Counted from the first letter of the whole stretch, positions 47,336 to 60,077 are shown. The stretch is DNA of 61,472 bases, filler included, from Sphacelaria rigidula (GCA_964200075.2; 11 parts of 11 records of this genome joined end to end with filler, not necessarily neighbours in it); one strand, 5' to 3'. Numbers and translations are program-made. Notes: generated by a model from the sequence alone, not told the origin.

Positions 47336-48910
47336 CCACCGGACCCGATGTACCGAAAACCTCATGTATAACTTCCGCTTTAGTATCCAGCTTCGTACGC
47401 AAGATACTCAAACTCGGGCAGAGTGAATATCGACGTATTCCCAGAGTTTCCCACCCATGATTAGTGCTGATTCCTGATCAAACTTCAGCAAACATTCGGA
47501 TACAGTATATTCGAGAAAGCATTTGGGTTAAAACCACATGGTGCGAAACTAGGGTAAAAGAATATCGGGGTGTTGTCGAAGGGCCTTCGGATTGTACCGT
47601 GTAGACTAGCGGGGGTACTGGAAAGCGTAGAAATCCTACGTATCGAAGTATTGATTGTCGAAGTCTTGTGCATAGTCCATACCGGGGTATCCGGACATGT
47701 CAGTGGGTGTGCGACGCGTTTTACCCGCTTGCAAGTTGTTGGAAATATTGGTGGCTCGTGGCGTTTGGTACTGTTCTCGAAACAGACCGACTACCGTCGC
47801 AGAGACAGTAGGTTAGCAGAGGTTGCACAGTGATAGTCAAACCACTTGGTTCTGCAGCAGACAGAAAGTCCAAAGACAAAAATGGTGTTTGGGGCTCTTC
47901 ACTTCGGCCGAACAAAATCAAGGCAGCCTCTTTTGCAAGCAGAGTGCTGAGGAAATGAAGAAGAGCTGGGTAAGCTTGGTGAGATTGGTAAGCTTGGGAG
48001 AGTGATTGCAAGGGCGATAGACCACCGCTTACAACCATGTTCAATCCTGGAAGAAGAATCCAACACTCTACACGTACGTAAGGTCTAATCGTATCATTCA
48101 ATTCAACTTCGCTATTATTGCTGACGCGATAGCCTTGCTAGCTTAGATTAACTGCAAAGTTGCACACAAGATATCCTGTAGCTTTCGTGGCCTAAATACT
48201 CTGCTAGAGTATCTTTCATTGACAAATCATGGCAACACGCCTACTGTAGCAGTATCCTACCTGAAACGCCATTCACACAGGTAGACTATAAACCAACAAA
48301 AAAGGGGTACTCTCCGTGAAAAGGATACTTATGAAACGGTCTTACGTGGTTCGTTGTTTCGTTGAGACGCAACAGGTTGTACCGCTATCTTTTGTTGCAA
48401 CAACTCTATTCAAACATAATGAATATAGACTACATCGTCTAGATTTTTCCAACACAATTAAGGAAAAGGGCAAGCAGCTGATAACGAAAGGGTCATGAGG
48501 CACATTATGACAGCGCCATATAACAAGATTCAGAATTCACAATCTGTCGAGCACAAACAAAAAAGGGCGGAATCCAAATGACGGGTACAAGTGCAACTAC
48601 TACACTCCTGGTTTGACCCAGACGCTGAACGAGACACGTATTTTGTTCACAAAAAATGTTCCACGAGATTGGATCGCATCTCTACACAGCTCGCCTGGTG
48701 TCTCACCCCTCACCCACATATCGTGCCACCACCGTCCCACTTCCTAGGTATCAAATATGTACTGCCATGGGTGGAGACAGGTGAGCTGGGGCCGGTAGGT
48801 TCATTCACCTGCACGTTTTTTTTATTTTTTGATGGCCATCGTTCGCCCATGTATTAAACATTGTCTGTGAAGTGACGTCACGAAGTTGCCGACGGTCACG
48901 GTTACTCATC

Positions 48911-49525
48911 ATACCCGAGTGATACTCTATACTCAAGTATTACTGAGAGTGCTTACTCAATATTTGAGTAGAGTATTGGAGGTCGTACTCGATTTACTCA
49001 AAGTTTGGGTAGAGCACTTGAGGTCGTACTCAATCTAACCCAAATTTGAGTAGAGTTTTGAGGCCGTACTCGACCTACTCAAGATTTGAGTAAAGTATTG
49101 AGGTCATACCCAAGTGATACTCTATACTCAAGTATTGCTGAGAGTGCTTACTCAATGTTTGAGTAGAGTATTGGAGGTCGTACTCGATCTACTTAAAATT
49201 TGAGTAGAGTATTTGAGGTCGTACTCAATCTAACCCAAATCTGAGTAGAGTATTTGGGGCCATACCCGACCTACTTAAAATTTGAGTAGAGTATTAAGGT
49301 CATACCCAAGTGATACTTCATACGCAAGTATTACTGAGAGTGTTTACTCAATACTCGAGTAGAGTATTAGAGGTCGTACTCGATCTACTCAAACTTTGAG
49401 TAGAATATTTGAGGCCGTACTCAATCTACCCAAAAATTAAATAGAGTATTTGAGGCCATACTCGACCTACTCAAAATCTGAGTAGTACTCAAAATTTGAG
49501 TAGAGCAAATACTCGGGTGTTTTAC
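48911..49525 (+). repeat. ~39-bp satellite organised as a ~195-bp higher-order repeat x3
   Basis: The marker ataccc(g/a)agtgatact lies at 48911, 49106 and 49302 (periods 195 and 196). The subunit is the same as at 47080-47335. Confidence 0.92.
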
Positions 49526-50486
49526 TCGAATATTCAAAAGTTTACACTCTTCTCGACCTGCCCTTGCAATATTTCTAAGCTTCGCTCACTGATGGGTGGA
49601 CACTCCTACTGCCGCATTTTTTTGCCATATCTGTTCGAACAGATTCGTCTCATTACAGACTTGCTCGGCCCATCCTGTACATCACATCAGCCGCGCCACC
49701 GTGTCAAACAAGGTCAACTGGAGTCCACTAGAGCTGGAAGGCGGGGTCACTTGGGTTATAAAGCACCTTCGACAATATTCGTTTTATGTGTATTCACACA
49801 TTTAAACATCTCCACATTTACACAGACCACGGAGCATTCGAACAACCCGCAAAGGTTGGCGAACATGATTCGCGTGTACAGTGCTGGTTGGAGTTTCTGT
49901 AGCTTACTAGTATACTGTGAAACACCGCCCAGGCAAAATTATAGGGGAGGCTGACCTTCCTGTCCCTGTCCCCAACGGCCGTGGACTTCAGTCCAGTTTG
50001 CCGATTAACTGAACCCGATGAACCAGGCGTCTACCCTATCAGGCATATTTCAACGCCCAGTTAGGCGCTCGATCTTCACTCCCCAGAAACGGGTATGCAC
50101 ATGGAAGGCCCTCGCCCTCTACCGTATGATGCAGTCTTGGGTGGGCTAAAGCCCACAACCGCCGATCGTCAATTTCCGCACATTCGGTCCTCGCGGATAT
50201 TCCCGCCCCGCCACCCTCCGCTATCAATCCCATTTCCGACAATACGCGCCGTCGGCCCGCCGCCCGCGCCAACGCCCCNNNNNNNNNNNNNNNNNNNNNN
50301 NNNNNNNNNNNNNNNNNNNNNNTTAATTAATTAANNNNNNNNNNNNNNNNNNNNNNNNNNNNNNNNNNNNNNNNNNNNCGTGTTTCTGGCCATTTTTCGT
50401 ACGTTTCCTAGGCAAAAAACGAGAAGGTATACCTTTTCTAGGCCATTGCCCCAAATCTTAACGTTAATGTCACCGTTTCTGCTCAC

Positions 50487-50770
50487 ATTAGAGAAAGCGT
50501 TTGTCTGGTTGTGTCCACTGCTGACAACCCGTCCATCTATGCTGTTGACTATAACACAGCCCACCGGAACCTCTCCTTCCAGCAGCGCCTTTTCCGCCTG
50601 ACATGGAGTGCATGACGGGGGGATACGATGAAGGGATCGATCGGCCTTACTCTAGTGACTTCCGACCGTACTCTAGTGACTTCCGACCGCTGCTGGTGCA
50701 TGATCGACTTCACCGATAAAGACATCACCTGATCTAAAGCAAGACGCATGTACGTTTCAGCGATATCCAT
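50487..50770 (-). CDS. TAD2: tRNA-specific adenosine deaminase 2 (TAD2/ADAT2-like), exon 1 (50770-50729) and exon 2 (50597-50487); the rest is off the contig
   Basis: Spliced product MDIAETYMRLALDQ|AEKALLEGEVPVGCVIVNSIDGRVVSSGHNQTNAFSN| with canonical phase-0 GT-AG sites. It matches the TadA/Tad2 N-terminal signature M..AL..A..A...GEVPVG.V.V......G.N, just before the expected HAE motif. Confidence 0.88.
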
Positions 50771-50874
50771 TGGAAAATTGCCACGCAAGGCCTGTAATGT
50801 TCCTGACCGCTCTGCAGTCGTTAGCCGGCCGGCGTATATACACCGGCTCAGGCACAATAGAAAACCCTGCCCAG

Positions 50875-51258
50875 CTGCCTCCAGACTAGAACTAGTTCCA
50901 CAGACAACATTTGTGCAGACCCGCCGGTCAAACCATGCAACACCAATTTTAAATTTTGAATCCACGCGCGCAAAACAGAGCCAGCATATAGGGCACGCCA
51001 CGGCACGTACATCCATAACGCCATAGCTCACACGCACACATACACAGACGTACCACCGCCGGCTAGCCGCAAAAATAAAAGCCGCAATAGTACTCTAGGA
51101 CGGAGGCCATCGTTGAACAATCACACATGCTTCACACACTTCGCAGGCAACCAGCAACCGGCAACCGGCAACAATGCGGGTAGATTCAAAAATGGTCTTG
51201 GGTTGACCGGCGGGTCTGCATACGAGTGTACTGTGGAACTAGTTCTAGTCTCAGGCAG
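50875..51258. promoter_or_regulatory. Candidate bidirectional promoter made of two inverted ~85-95 bp arms (50875-50970 and 51177-51258)
   Basis: agactagaactagttccacag and tgcagacccgccggtcaa occur as exact reverse complements in the two arms. Each arm lies about 105-115 bp from a divergent ATG. A regulatory role is inferred from position. Confidence 0.5.
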
Positions 51259-51372
51259 GTTCGCACTGGTTGCGCACTACATCGTGAGACAACTGGGCAC
51301 GACTGTACTGCACTGTCATACGACTACGGTGCCATCGACTACTACAGTTGTACCACAATAGTAGTTTCAGTC

Positions 51373-51492
51373 ATGGATGTAATCGAAGAGCAGTTCGGCG
51401 AAGGAAAATCCCTGTATGATGTGCTCGAGGTGCCTCCTACCGCTGGCGCTGCCGACATCAAGAAGGCGTACTTCAAGGCCGCGCTCAAATAT
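51373..51492 (+). CDS. DnaJ/Hsp40 J-domain protein, first exon (DNAJC9-like N-terminus)
   Basis: MDVIEEQFGEGKSLYDVLEVPPTAGAADIKKAYFKAALKY ends at donor gtaagt directly before the expected HPD motif. The EE.FG...LY.VL start recalls DNAJC9. Exon 2 was not found in this contig. Confidence 0.85.
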
Positions 51493-52074
51493 GTAAGTTC
51501 CTGCACCGGTGCAGACAAGACCCTCCAGTAGAGTGTAGTGCACCTGCGCTGATGACTCCAAGTGTTCAGGTTATGCGATGTAAATTTTTTACATACGTTA
51601 TCTTTCCTCCTTTATCATCCATCTAAAATAATGTCGATTTTTCGATCAAAATCCTTGACTGTTGCCACGTACAGTAGTAGTAGTGGCCTGCTGGTCTCAG
51701 TTTGTCGAGACGCGAGTCGGGTCGCAAACGTCTACAGCAGGGGACGGTACATTAGTTGATGTCTGACTTCTCGATTCGCTTGATCGGGATATCGTCGCGG
51801 TTGGTTTGACATTTTCACTCAAGACTCGAGAATCGGAAGGCGTCGGTGTAGGAAGCAGTCCGTCCACAGGACGACGCATTTCCGGGTTTTTGTTGCCAGG
51901 TCAAGTGCGGAGCAACATCACGTGTTTCGGGGGGGGGGGGGGGGTGACCGTATTTGGCCAGGGAACAAGGCCAACCCCCCAGTTTGGGGGTTAAACAANN
52001 NNNNNNNNGGAGGCGGCTGGTGTGGAGGGGGGGGTCTGGTGGTGGTGTGGTGGGGGGGGGGCGGGAGGGGGGGG

Positions 52075-52108
<34 letters not shown>

Positions 52109-55100
52109 GACCGTATTTGGCCAGGGAACAAGGCCAACACACTAGTTTGGCAGTTACACAACGTCCCGACATCCGTTGATAATAATTTTCGCACTGGTCG
52201 TTCTGGCGTGGTCGATGATTTTCGCCTCGCCGTGATTGGCCAGGTCGCATATTGAATACTGGTATATCGTTGTTTTACTAACCCAAGGGTTCCGTCAGGA
52301 TTGATTGGTCCGTTTCAGTTAACCCTTTTCGCGCACGCGGCTAGCTGGCAGACCTGACATGCCCATTGATTTTTAGGGCGATAATAGTGTAGGCATGAAT
52401 GGCTGCTAGTTGGTCGTGCGAGCGCCTGACATTACATGTTGTTTTCAAGTTTGATTTTCACCGAAGGGATTGATTGCAGTCTATCATAGTTGAGTGTTGA
52501 GAAGGCTGGTTGGGCGGGGGGGGGAGGGGGTGTACGTATCTGCCGAATGCTCGGCAGAAAACAGCCGGCGGCTGATGCAGGAGTTCGCGGGATGCACAAG
52601 CTCATCGCTGCGGATACATGCGAGTTGCTTGTTTGTGTGTCGACGTGTGTTGGTTCTGCTCAATTTGCTGCATCGGGAGGAGGGTATTCCGTAAACCTCC
52701 AGACTAACATCGAAACGCGACCCAACCACATCCTCCACCGGCACGCGCAGCCTGTAGCACGTGCACTCCCGACCAAATACGCTACGTTGTTCAGGTCTTC
52801 AGCAGCAAACAAACAGTTGTGTGTGTTGACCACAGGCATATACTTTGAGCTCGAAAATGGTTTGTCTAACCATTAACCAGTTGAATGGTTACGCGTAGCG
52901 CACTCATCAACTACTTAAATGGTACATCATGGTTTGGTCATCGAGCGGCGTAGCCATGAGCCGAAAAGCCCTCCCCGGCAGAGGGAGCTCCGCCGGAGGC
53001 CCGTTTTTACACGATTTGGCTTCACGAGACCTTAAAAATACGTGAAATTTGGGCCAGTTTTCAAGAGCTGTATGTAGCATTCGTAGTCGGTATTAAAGCC
53101 GGTAACGGTAAATAATGGCTCGACCATTACCCAAAAATTTCATATAATCATCACCATTATTACCATTGTAATGATATTGACCAGTTATAACTGGTACCAT
53201 TTCCGAGCTCTACGTCTACTCCTGTTGCCGCGATGACAGCTACTGTACTGAACACTCCAAAAAGTGTGACGCGCGGGATGTATGTGCGTAGCAACGGTCT
53301 TTTTCTGTGTGGGCGTCGTCTCTCCACCAGGACAGTCATTCCAAACCCCCGGCTAAAAATAGATGAACACAAGGTCAGTTGACCGGCGGGCGCTAGAAGG
53401 ATAAACTGGCATAACTGGATTAGTGAAAGATTTCTCCATCAGGTCACCGGTTGTTTCCCCTGATATATGCGTCATAATCAAGAGGGATCTTCCTACGTAA
53501 TGGCAATGCTCCAACCGTTCGGAAGCAACCGTGAGCACGCATAAATGCACGTGAACGCGAAGGCCGCAACACCATAGTATGAGCATTAGTAGCTCAGAGA
53601 TCAGCAGCAAATGCAGCGGTTGCAGTGAAGTGGACATGTTGAATGATGCAGGGACCCTAACTAGCCATGATGCTGCAGGTAGCAGGGGCGGGTGCTACGG
53701 CAAGTGGCGCTGCAGGCAACGATGCTGTCGATATTTATCTCAGCAGCACAAGGTCTGTAGAAAGTGAAACTGCAGAAGAAGAACGTGTCGAACGTCTACA
53801 CAATTGGGCAACGCAAAAGTCATGCAGAGCCCGACACGTTTTTTGGAGGGTAGGATACTTTGTGAAGTACACAGTCGACCGACTACTCAAGATTGATGTG
53901 CGCAAGTTGTGAAAAAAAAATGACGAAATTCACCACATCGTGTCGCGCTTTCGCACATGTTCTTGGAAATTTCTTGATCGTAACACGCGCGGAGCGCTAC
54001 GCTACATTTCCCCTCACCTTGTTTCGATTCGAATGGCTTTAATGTTCCTCATACTTTGCCCCATTTTGCACCGATTACATGCTCAAAGTCCCTTCACTTG
54101 CAGCCTAGAATTCAACCCGATTTTGAAGACACATCGAATCGAATCTCGTTTTTTTCTCACCGCTGGCGTGACCCCCTCTCCACCTGGACGAGGCCGTAAG
54201 TGTGATTCTGCCGCGGTACCTCCCTAGACAACGCTGACGAAGGCGAGGGGTAGCCTCGCTGTAAGTATCGACTGGTAACTATCTAGTTGAATGCTTCAGC
54301 ATTGCTAACTGGTTTTTCGACCCAGTTGGCAATTCTAGCGTTTGGTCCAAAAACACGGTTTTGCGACTGTAGCATTGAGTTACTAAAATTGAAAATAGTG
54401 TAGTACAGAATAGTGCACCATAACAATCAGCATTGGTTCGTTCGAGCATCAAAGAGCGAGAAACTGTGTGTATATTCTTGCAGCGCTCCCGATGACCGGT
54501 TTAACCCGGAATTCGTTCAAAATTGATCATCTAAACGTTTGTTTCTCGAAATTTGTGTCGGATACTGATGTGTCTCGATCCCACAGTGTGTGATCAAATG
54601 TTGACGGTTATATTTCGTAACGGCAAGCCTGAAGATGTCGCTTTCAATCGGAAAAATTGAATTCGGGTACTTACAGCTATATGCATGTCATGTGCACTGT
54701 AGCAAACTACAACCCAACGTTTGAAAATAGATTAGCCTCATCATCACATAAGCTCAACTGTACCATCAGATCGCGTGCACTTTCGTACGGGCGAGAGCTG
54801 TTTCAACTCCAACGGTTCACGGCAGAGTTTGAAGACAGATGTTACCTGCCATGACTGTTTCTCATTCGCAAGGAGATGAGACAGGTGGATTGATCTGTTG
54901 TCATTCCCATGCAAGTTATACTTGGAAGTACTCTAAAGTACAATGTTCCACAGTTTCTAGGATGAAGTAGAGTGCGGATTCAGTTACTTCATGGTGTCGA
55001 CACCCAGATACTCTGGAACACCTACAATTTCGAGGGTCGGATACTCTAGGATCAAGAGTCCTATCCTAAGCACTTGAAAGCACTTCGTCTTCTGGTTCAG

Positions 55101-55121
55101 GTTTACAGTTGTAAATATATA

Positions 55122-55628
55122 CTTCTGTCCCATAAGTAAAGGTACCTAAATTTGTACGGGCCCTTAACGATGTCCGATCGTTTTTTTTAATGAACTCTAC
55201 GGTGTTTTTTGGGTTAAGAAAATGTGTTTAAAATTTGTGGTTCGTGCTTGAACCATGCCGCCGAACGGCCGCAACAAAAGTAGTCGACCCAATAGTGGCC
55301 GTTTTTTGCCCCTTTCCGAGGGGAAAAAAAGTGTCGTGTTTTTTTTTTTTTATCGCCCCCGCCCTCACTGGGGCTGCCAGGAAGTCCCACGCGATTTTAA
55401 AAAGAAAACAACACTTTTTTTCCCCTCGGAAATGGGCAAAAAACGGCCACTATTGGGTCGACTCCTTTTTTGCAGCCGTTCGGCAGCATGGGCCAAGCAC
55501 GAACTGCATATTAAAAACACATTTTCTTAATCCCACAACCACCGTAGAGTTAATTAAAAAAAAAAACGATCGGACATCGTTAAGGGCCTGTACAAACTTA
55601 GGTACCTTTACTTCTTGGACAGAGGAAG
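55122..55628. mobile_element. Stowaway-like (Tc1/mariner) fold-back MITE with TA TSD
   Basis: Inverted arms of about 230 bp with TA on both sides. The right end reads cttcctctgtcc inward, similar to the Stowaway TIR CTCCCTCCGT. Confidence 0.9.
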
Positions 55629-56284
55629 TATACATATTCGATAAAATGCGCCCAAATATATATGGAAACTCGCTTTTCTTTCCGAAGGTGCGCCCAGCTA
55701 CCCACCTCTCGACAACGAGCGCAATGCTGCTCTGAGGTGGTGAGACTGTTTCGCAGCGAGGGTTAGATCTAGCCTGCCAACTTGGTGCGGGGAATGGGCG
55801 TGTTGTGTGTTGTCGTCCCATCTATTCTGGACGCCGGTCTACACCTTTCGGTGCATGTGGGCGCACCAGCCGGGGNNNNNNNNNNNNNNNNNNNNNNNNN
55901 NNNNNNNNNNNNNNNNNNNTTAATTAATTAANNNNNNNNNNNNNNNNNNNNNNNNNNNNNNNNNNNNNNNNNNNNACTTAAAGCGAATGATCAAAGCCAC
56001 TCTCAATCGTATCATCTACTCTCAATCTCACGAAAACACTGTTATTTGTGTGTTGCGACCGGCTCTCTTCTGGCGCAGATAGTTCGAAAAAAAGCATGTG
56101 TGGTGGGCGCTGAGTTGTGTTCGGGTATATATCCTCTGATCCAAGGGGGGAGACATGGCGTCGCTCTCTTTGATAGAGTTCGGGCTCATGAGGAAATGCT
56201 CTAGAAAATCGCCTGAACATGACTCGACATTTGAGGCTAATAATACTTCTACCGTCCTTTCAGATGTACTCAGTCTTCACTGGA

Positions 56285-56718
56285 TTTTACAAATTGGGGA
56301 TGGATTTTTTATGGAGAATGAGAACCTGGAGAACTAAAATCTTCGTACCCACACCAAATCTTCGGAATATAGTTCCACTCCTTCACCTACTGGTAGCTTT
56401 TGACAACTACTACTACGTGCCATACAAATTTGGAAGCTGATAACCGACAGGTTAGGGTCCTAGGTGAAAAAAACAATTTCGGGGAATTTAGATGATCCGA
56501 TCTGATCGCTGAAATTCCCCAAAAATGGTTCTACACCTAGGACCCCAACATTCGGTTATCGAAATTCAAATTTGTATGGCGTAAAGTGGTAGTTGTCGAA
56601 AGCTACCAGCATCTGAAGAAATGGAACCATATTCCGAAGATTTGGTGTGGATAAGAGGATTTTACTCCTCGGGGTTTCTCATCCTCGAAAATAAATACAT
56701 CCCCATAATTTGAAATAT
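56285..56718. mobile_element. Fold-back MITE
   Basis: ccacaccaaatcttcggaatat..ctggtagcttt.gacaactac..gccatacaaatttg..gataaccga..gggtcctaggtg..ggggaattt is mirrored on the right side. Confidence 0.88.
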
Positions 56719-58468
56719 CGTGTCAATCGATGCCATCACCACCACTCAGTCGGCACATCAGGACACCGTGGTTGGGCGGGAGCGTGCGCACGGAAAAAGA
56801 AACCTGCTTTCGCCAACATTATTGATGCTACAAGATTTGCGGCAAACGAACAATAATGAATGGTGATAGCCGAGCCCCTTTCCACCAGAAATAGTATCGT
56901 TGCACAGTCCTCCGCCCAATCATGACCGAGATGTTTTGTCGGGTCACTCGTACAACGGTGCAGACGATGAGCTAGGCGCAATTTTCGAATGTGTTTCTGT
57001 CGCCAGTCAGCCGGAACGCAACTGCGTCATGTTTGGGCAGACGCGTGCGGGCGAAAAAAGTGCCCCGTGTCACCACCATTTTGCATAGTCCTTCCTGTCT
57101 ACCCCGCTACCGTAGTCGTATGGGCATGCGTGGATTTTATGTTTCCCTTTGTCCCGTACTTCTCCTGGTGAATTCTGAAAAACAGGCCCCCCGCCTGAAC
57201 CTCATTTTAATACCGAGTCCCATTGTCGAGGAGAAATTGTAAAATAAAGTGCTCGCCGCTGGATGTGCACAACTTTCGATGACTCGCATGAATTGTGTGG
57301 CGACTGCCTTCTTCACGCAAACGCCCCCTCCCCCCGGGAAGCCTATCCGTTTGGCGTCCAACTAGGGTTCGGGTGCCCACGGGGCTTAATCAGGTGACCC
57401 TGATATTTGCCTTGTTTAACACGCATTCCTCAAAGAAACCCATTAATTGTTCGCATTTGTCAAACACCAAGCCGCAATATAATTCATTCAGCACATCAGA
57501 AAACACAGAAAAACGATCAGATCCCACGAGGGCGAGGGAGAGAGCGATTAAGTCAAACTGTTGCACGTCACGCACCACGATCTTGCCGGGTGACATCACG
57601 TATTTTACATGCACCATGACACCAAACCATCACACCCGCACACCTCTGGCGATCAAGACACTCGGGGGAGACAGCTCTTCTTGCTCCATGGTGCTATATC
57701 ACCCCTCAAGTACATAACCACGACACTTTCTGCCCTGATTCCCAAGTTACACAATTTCTAATGGTGCCGCGTCTCCCCTCGTCTCTCGTTAGGAACACTG
57801 GGCGACATGGGCCGAAACCAGTACTTGTGCTACAAGTCTACTACGGCCCAGTGCACGCACAAGCACGCTTGTGTTGATGATAACAGCTCTAAAAGGGAGG
57901 AACTCTACTCTCTAAATAAAGGCATGCGGCTGTGGTGCAGCTGCAATCAAACGGCATCTCACTGTATCCGTGTTTGACCAATCACCGAGAGGGTGCTCTT
58001 GGATGACAAAAAAACAGCGTAACACAACACAACCTCCCGCTCGCCCGCCCGCCCGCTTCCCTATTTCATCGTTATAGTCTCTCATGTGACCACGGCTGGA
58101 TCCCTGGGGAGTCAGTTAAAGTGCGACAATCAATCAAATCGAATCAAAGTCGGGCGCAGAGAACGACTCCGAAGCAATACGACGCTCTCAAATAGATCGT
58201 TTGACTGAAGAGTCTACCTTTCGAGGCCACAGAAAGGAAAAAAAAAATGAAACGGACTCAAATCAACGTCACAAACAGCACGTATGTCGCTCGAAGCTCC
58301 GTGCACAGACAGGACCCTCGCGCTACGGGTCTCCCCCCTCCCCCCACGACGAAATCGTGCGTCTAAACACAGATCACAGCCCTGCGCCAACAATAACCGT
58401 CAGATAGCATCAAAGCGAGGCCGAGAACAACTCAAACGCCGCCCGTACGGCCAAAAGCGTCGGTGCTT

Positions 58469-58750
58469 CAGTACCCTGTGCTGTGTAATAAAATCTGCTC
58501 CCGAGAGGGAAGCAATTAACGGTTCCTGCGAGTGGCAGTAACTTGGGTATCTCCCCTCCCCACACATCGATTACCGGTGGTAGCATTATTTGGATTGCTC
58601 CCCCAGTAGTTGGTGCAACAGTACCCTGTGCCGTGTAGTAAAACCCGCTCCCAAAAGGGAAGCCATAAACGGTTCCCGCGAGTGGCAGTAACTTGGGGTA
58701 CCCCTCCCTCCCCCCACATCGATTATCGATGGTTGGATTGCTCCGCCAGC
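58469..58750. repeat. 150-bp tandem duplication
   Basis: cagtaccctgtgc.gtgta.taaaa..gctccc..gggaagc..aacggttcc.gcgagtggcagtaacttggg starts at 58469 and again at 58619. Confidence 0.9.
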
Positions 58751-58986
58751 AGCACAGTGAGCGGAAATCCATCTCCACAAAATATACAAAAATCGGTCAC
58801 GCGAATTTGTCCAGGACAAAACTTATTGTACAATCCTCTCTCACGCCCCCCACCCTCAGCACATACAAACACACACACACACACACACACAAATGCGCGC
58901 ACGCAACATTTCCTTCTTCTCGTGGCAATACGGCAAGGCGATACACACTTCCCTCGTCTACTGTCTGTACGTGCCGTAAGTGGCCA

Positions 58987-59196
58987 GTCGCCCCGGTGGC
59001 ACAGCTGGTAAACTCAAATCCTTATGACGGTTGGGTCGTGGATTCGAACGTCGGTGCAGTCACACGACCTGGGAATTTTTCTCACACAATGCCCGACAGT
59101 GGAGAGCGACTATGTGATGTACACACAAAATTCGACTCAATGGTCGACGAGGGAAAGGGACTGCTGAGCCCCTCTCGCGATTAAAAAATAAATAAA
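58987..59196 (+). mobile_element. tRNA-derived SINE (~210 bp)
   Basis: A-box-like tggcacagctgg (58997-59008), B-box-like ggattcgaacg (59040-59050), an unrelated body, and an A-rich tail aaaaaataaataaa. Confidence 0.7.
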
Positions 59197-59244
59197 GGCA
59201 AGAACCGCAGAAGGAAGGTGGGCTACTGAAACAGAAGAAGAAAG

Positions 59245-59340
59245 AAACAAACTCCTGTGTTGACCTTCCTCCTGTGTGACCCCGGCTGATGCGCCCACAT
59301 ATACCGAAAGGTGTAGACTGGCGCCCAGAAGAGATCGAAT
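59245..59340 (-). repeat. Dispersed structured repeat; second copy on plus at 55822-55875 (cut by the contig end)
   Basis: ttctgg(g/a)cgcc(a/g)gtctacacctttcggt..atgtgggcgca(t/c)cagccgggg is present in both. Confidence 0.8.
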
Positions 59341-60019
59341 GAAAACACACACTATACAAAATGGGTGAACGCGTCAAACAGAGCGACACAGACACAGACA
59401 CACACACAAACACAGACACTCAGACGCACAAAAAACTCGAACAGCATGAGATGAGTGAAGCAAAAACCACGCAATGAAACACTCGAAACGAGAACGAAAC
59501 TTGAGGCCATTGTTACTATTCTTTCTTCTCGTGCCGCTTGCTTCGTTTCATGTTGGCTTGCTTTTTTTTTTTCTTGCTGTTACAACGACGGCGCAACCAA
59601 GCCAGGGAAAAGAAAAAAAAATGCATAAACTTGACGAATCATCAATGCACTTCTACAAACCTTTGTCGTCGTCTTTTGACTCGAAATAAAAAAAATAAAC
59701 AAATGAAAGCAGGTCGCCCAATGGAATCATAACAACACGAAACAACACACAGTAGTAACCCACGGGCGACAACACTCGCAAGACCAGTTTCATGCCTGTG
59801 AGAGACAAGCCAAGACGATTTAAAATTTCAAAAAAAAGGGGCGGGGGGAGGGGAGCATCAGCACCCGCCAAAACAAAACACAGTCGTCTTGCACCGTTCG
59901 GCATATGAGAAATGATCATCAGGCGGGTGAGTGCACACCTGCGGGCATCCTCAGCCCGTCCCAACCTCCTTTCACTTTTCACCACAAGCAAGAAACCGCG
60001 AGTGCATTGAAAAAAAGGA

Positions 60020-60030
60020 CCACCACCACC

Positions 60031-60062
<32 letters not shown>

Positions 60063-60077
60063 CAACTACAACTACAA
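60020..60077. repeat. Compound (CAC)n(CAA)n microsatellite
   Basis: Visible directly in the sequence. Confidence 0.9.

Noticed and set aside
48911..49525. CRISPR-like array of ~39-bp palindromic repeats
   Set aside because: Units abut without unique spacers, they are degenerate, there are no cas genes, and the context is eukaryotic.
51928..52140. Gly/Pro-rich ORFs, G-quadruplex-like tract and 31-bp duplication
   Set aside because: Low-quality poly-G sequence around an internal N gap. Likely a sequencing or assembly artefact.
53667..53912. Possible BED-like start (HVFWRVGYF) of another transposase
   Set aside because: No following Cys/His residues or other motifs. Too weak to call.
58410..58778. 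ORF with a 50-aa internal repeat
   Set aside because: A by-product of a 150-bp DNA duplication with indels, with no splice signals or known motif.
58987..59060. Functional tRNA gene
   Set aside because: A and B boxes are present but there is no proper acceptor stem or cloverleaf, and it continues into a body and A-tail, so it was called a SINE.
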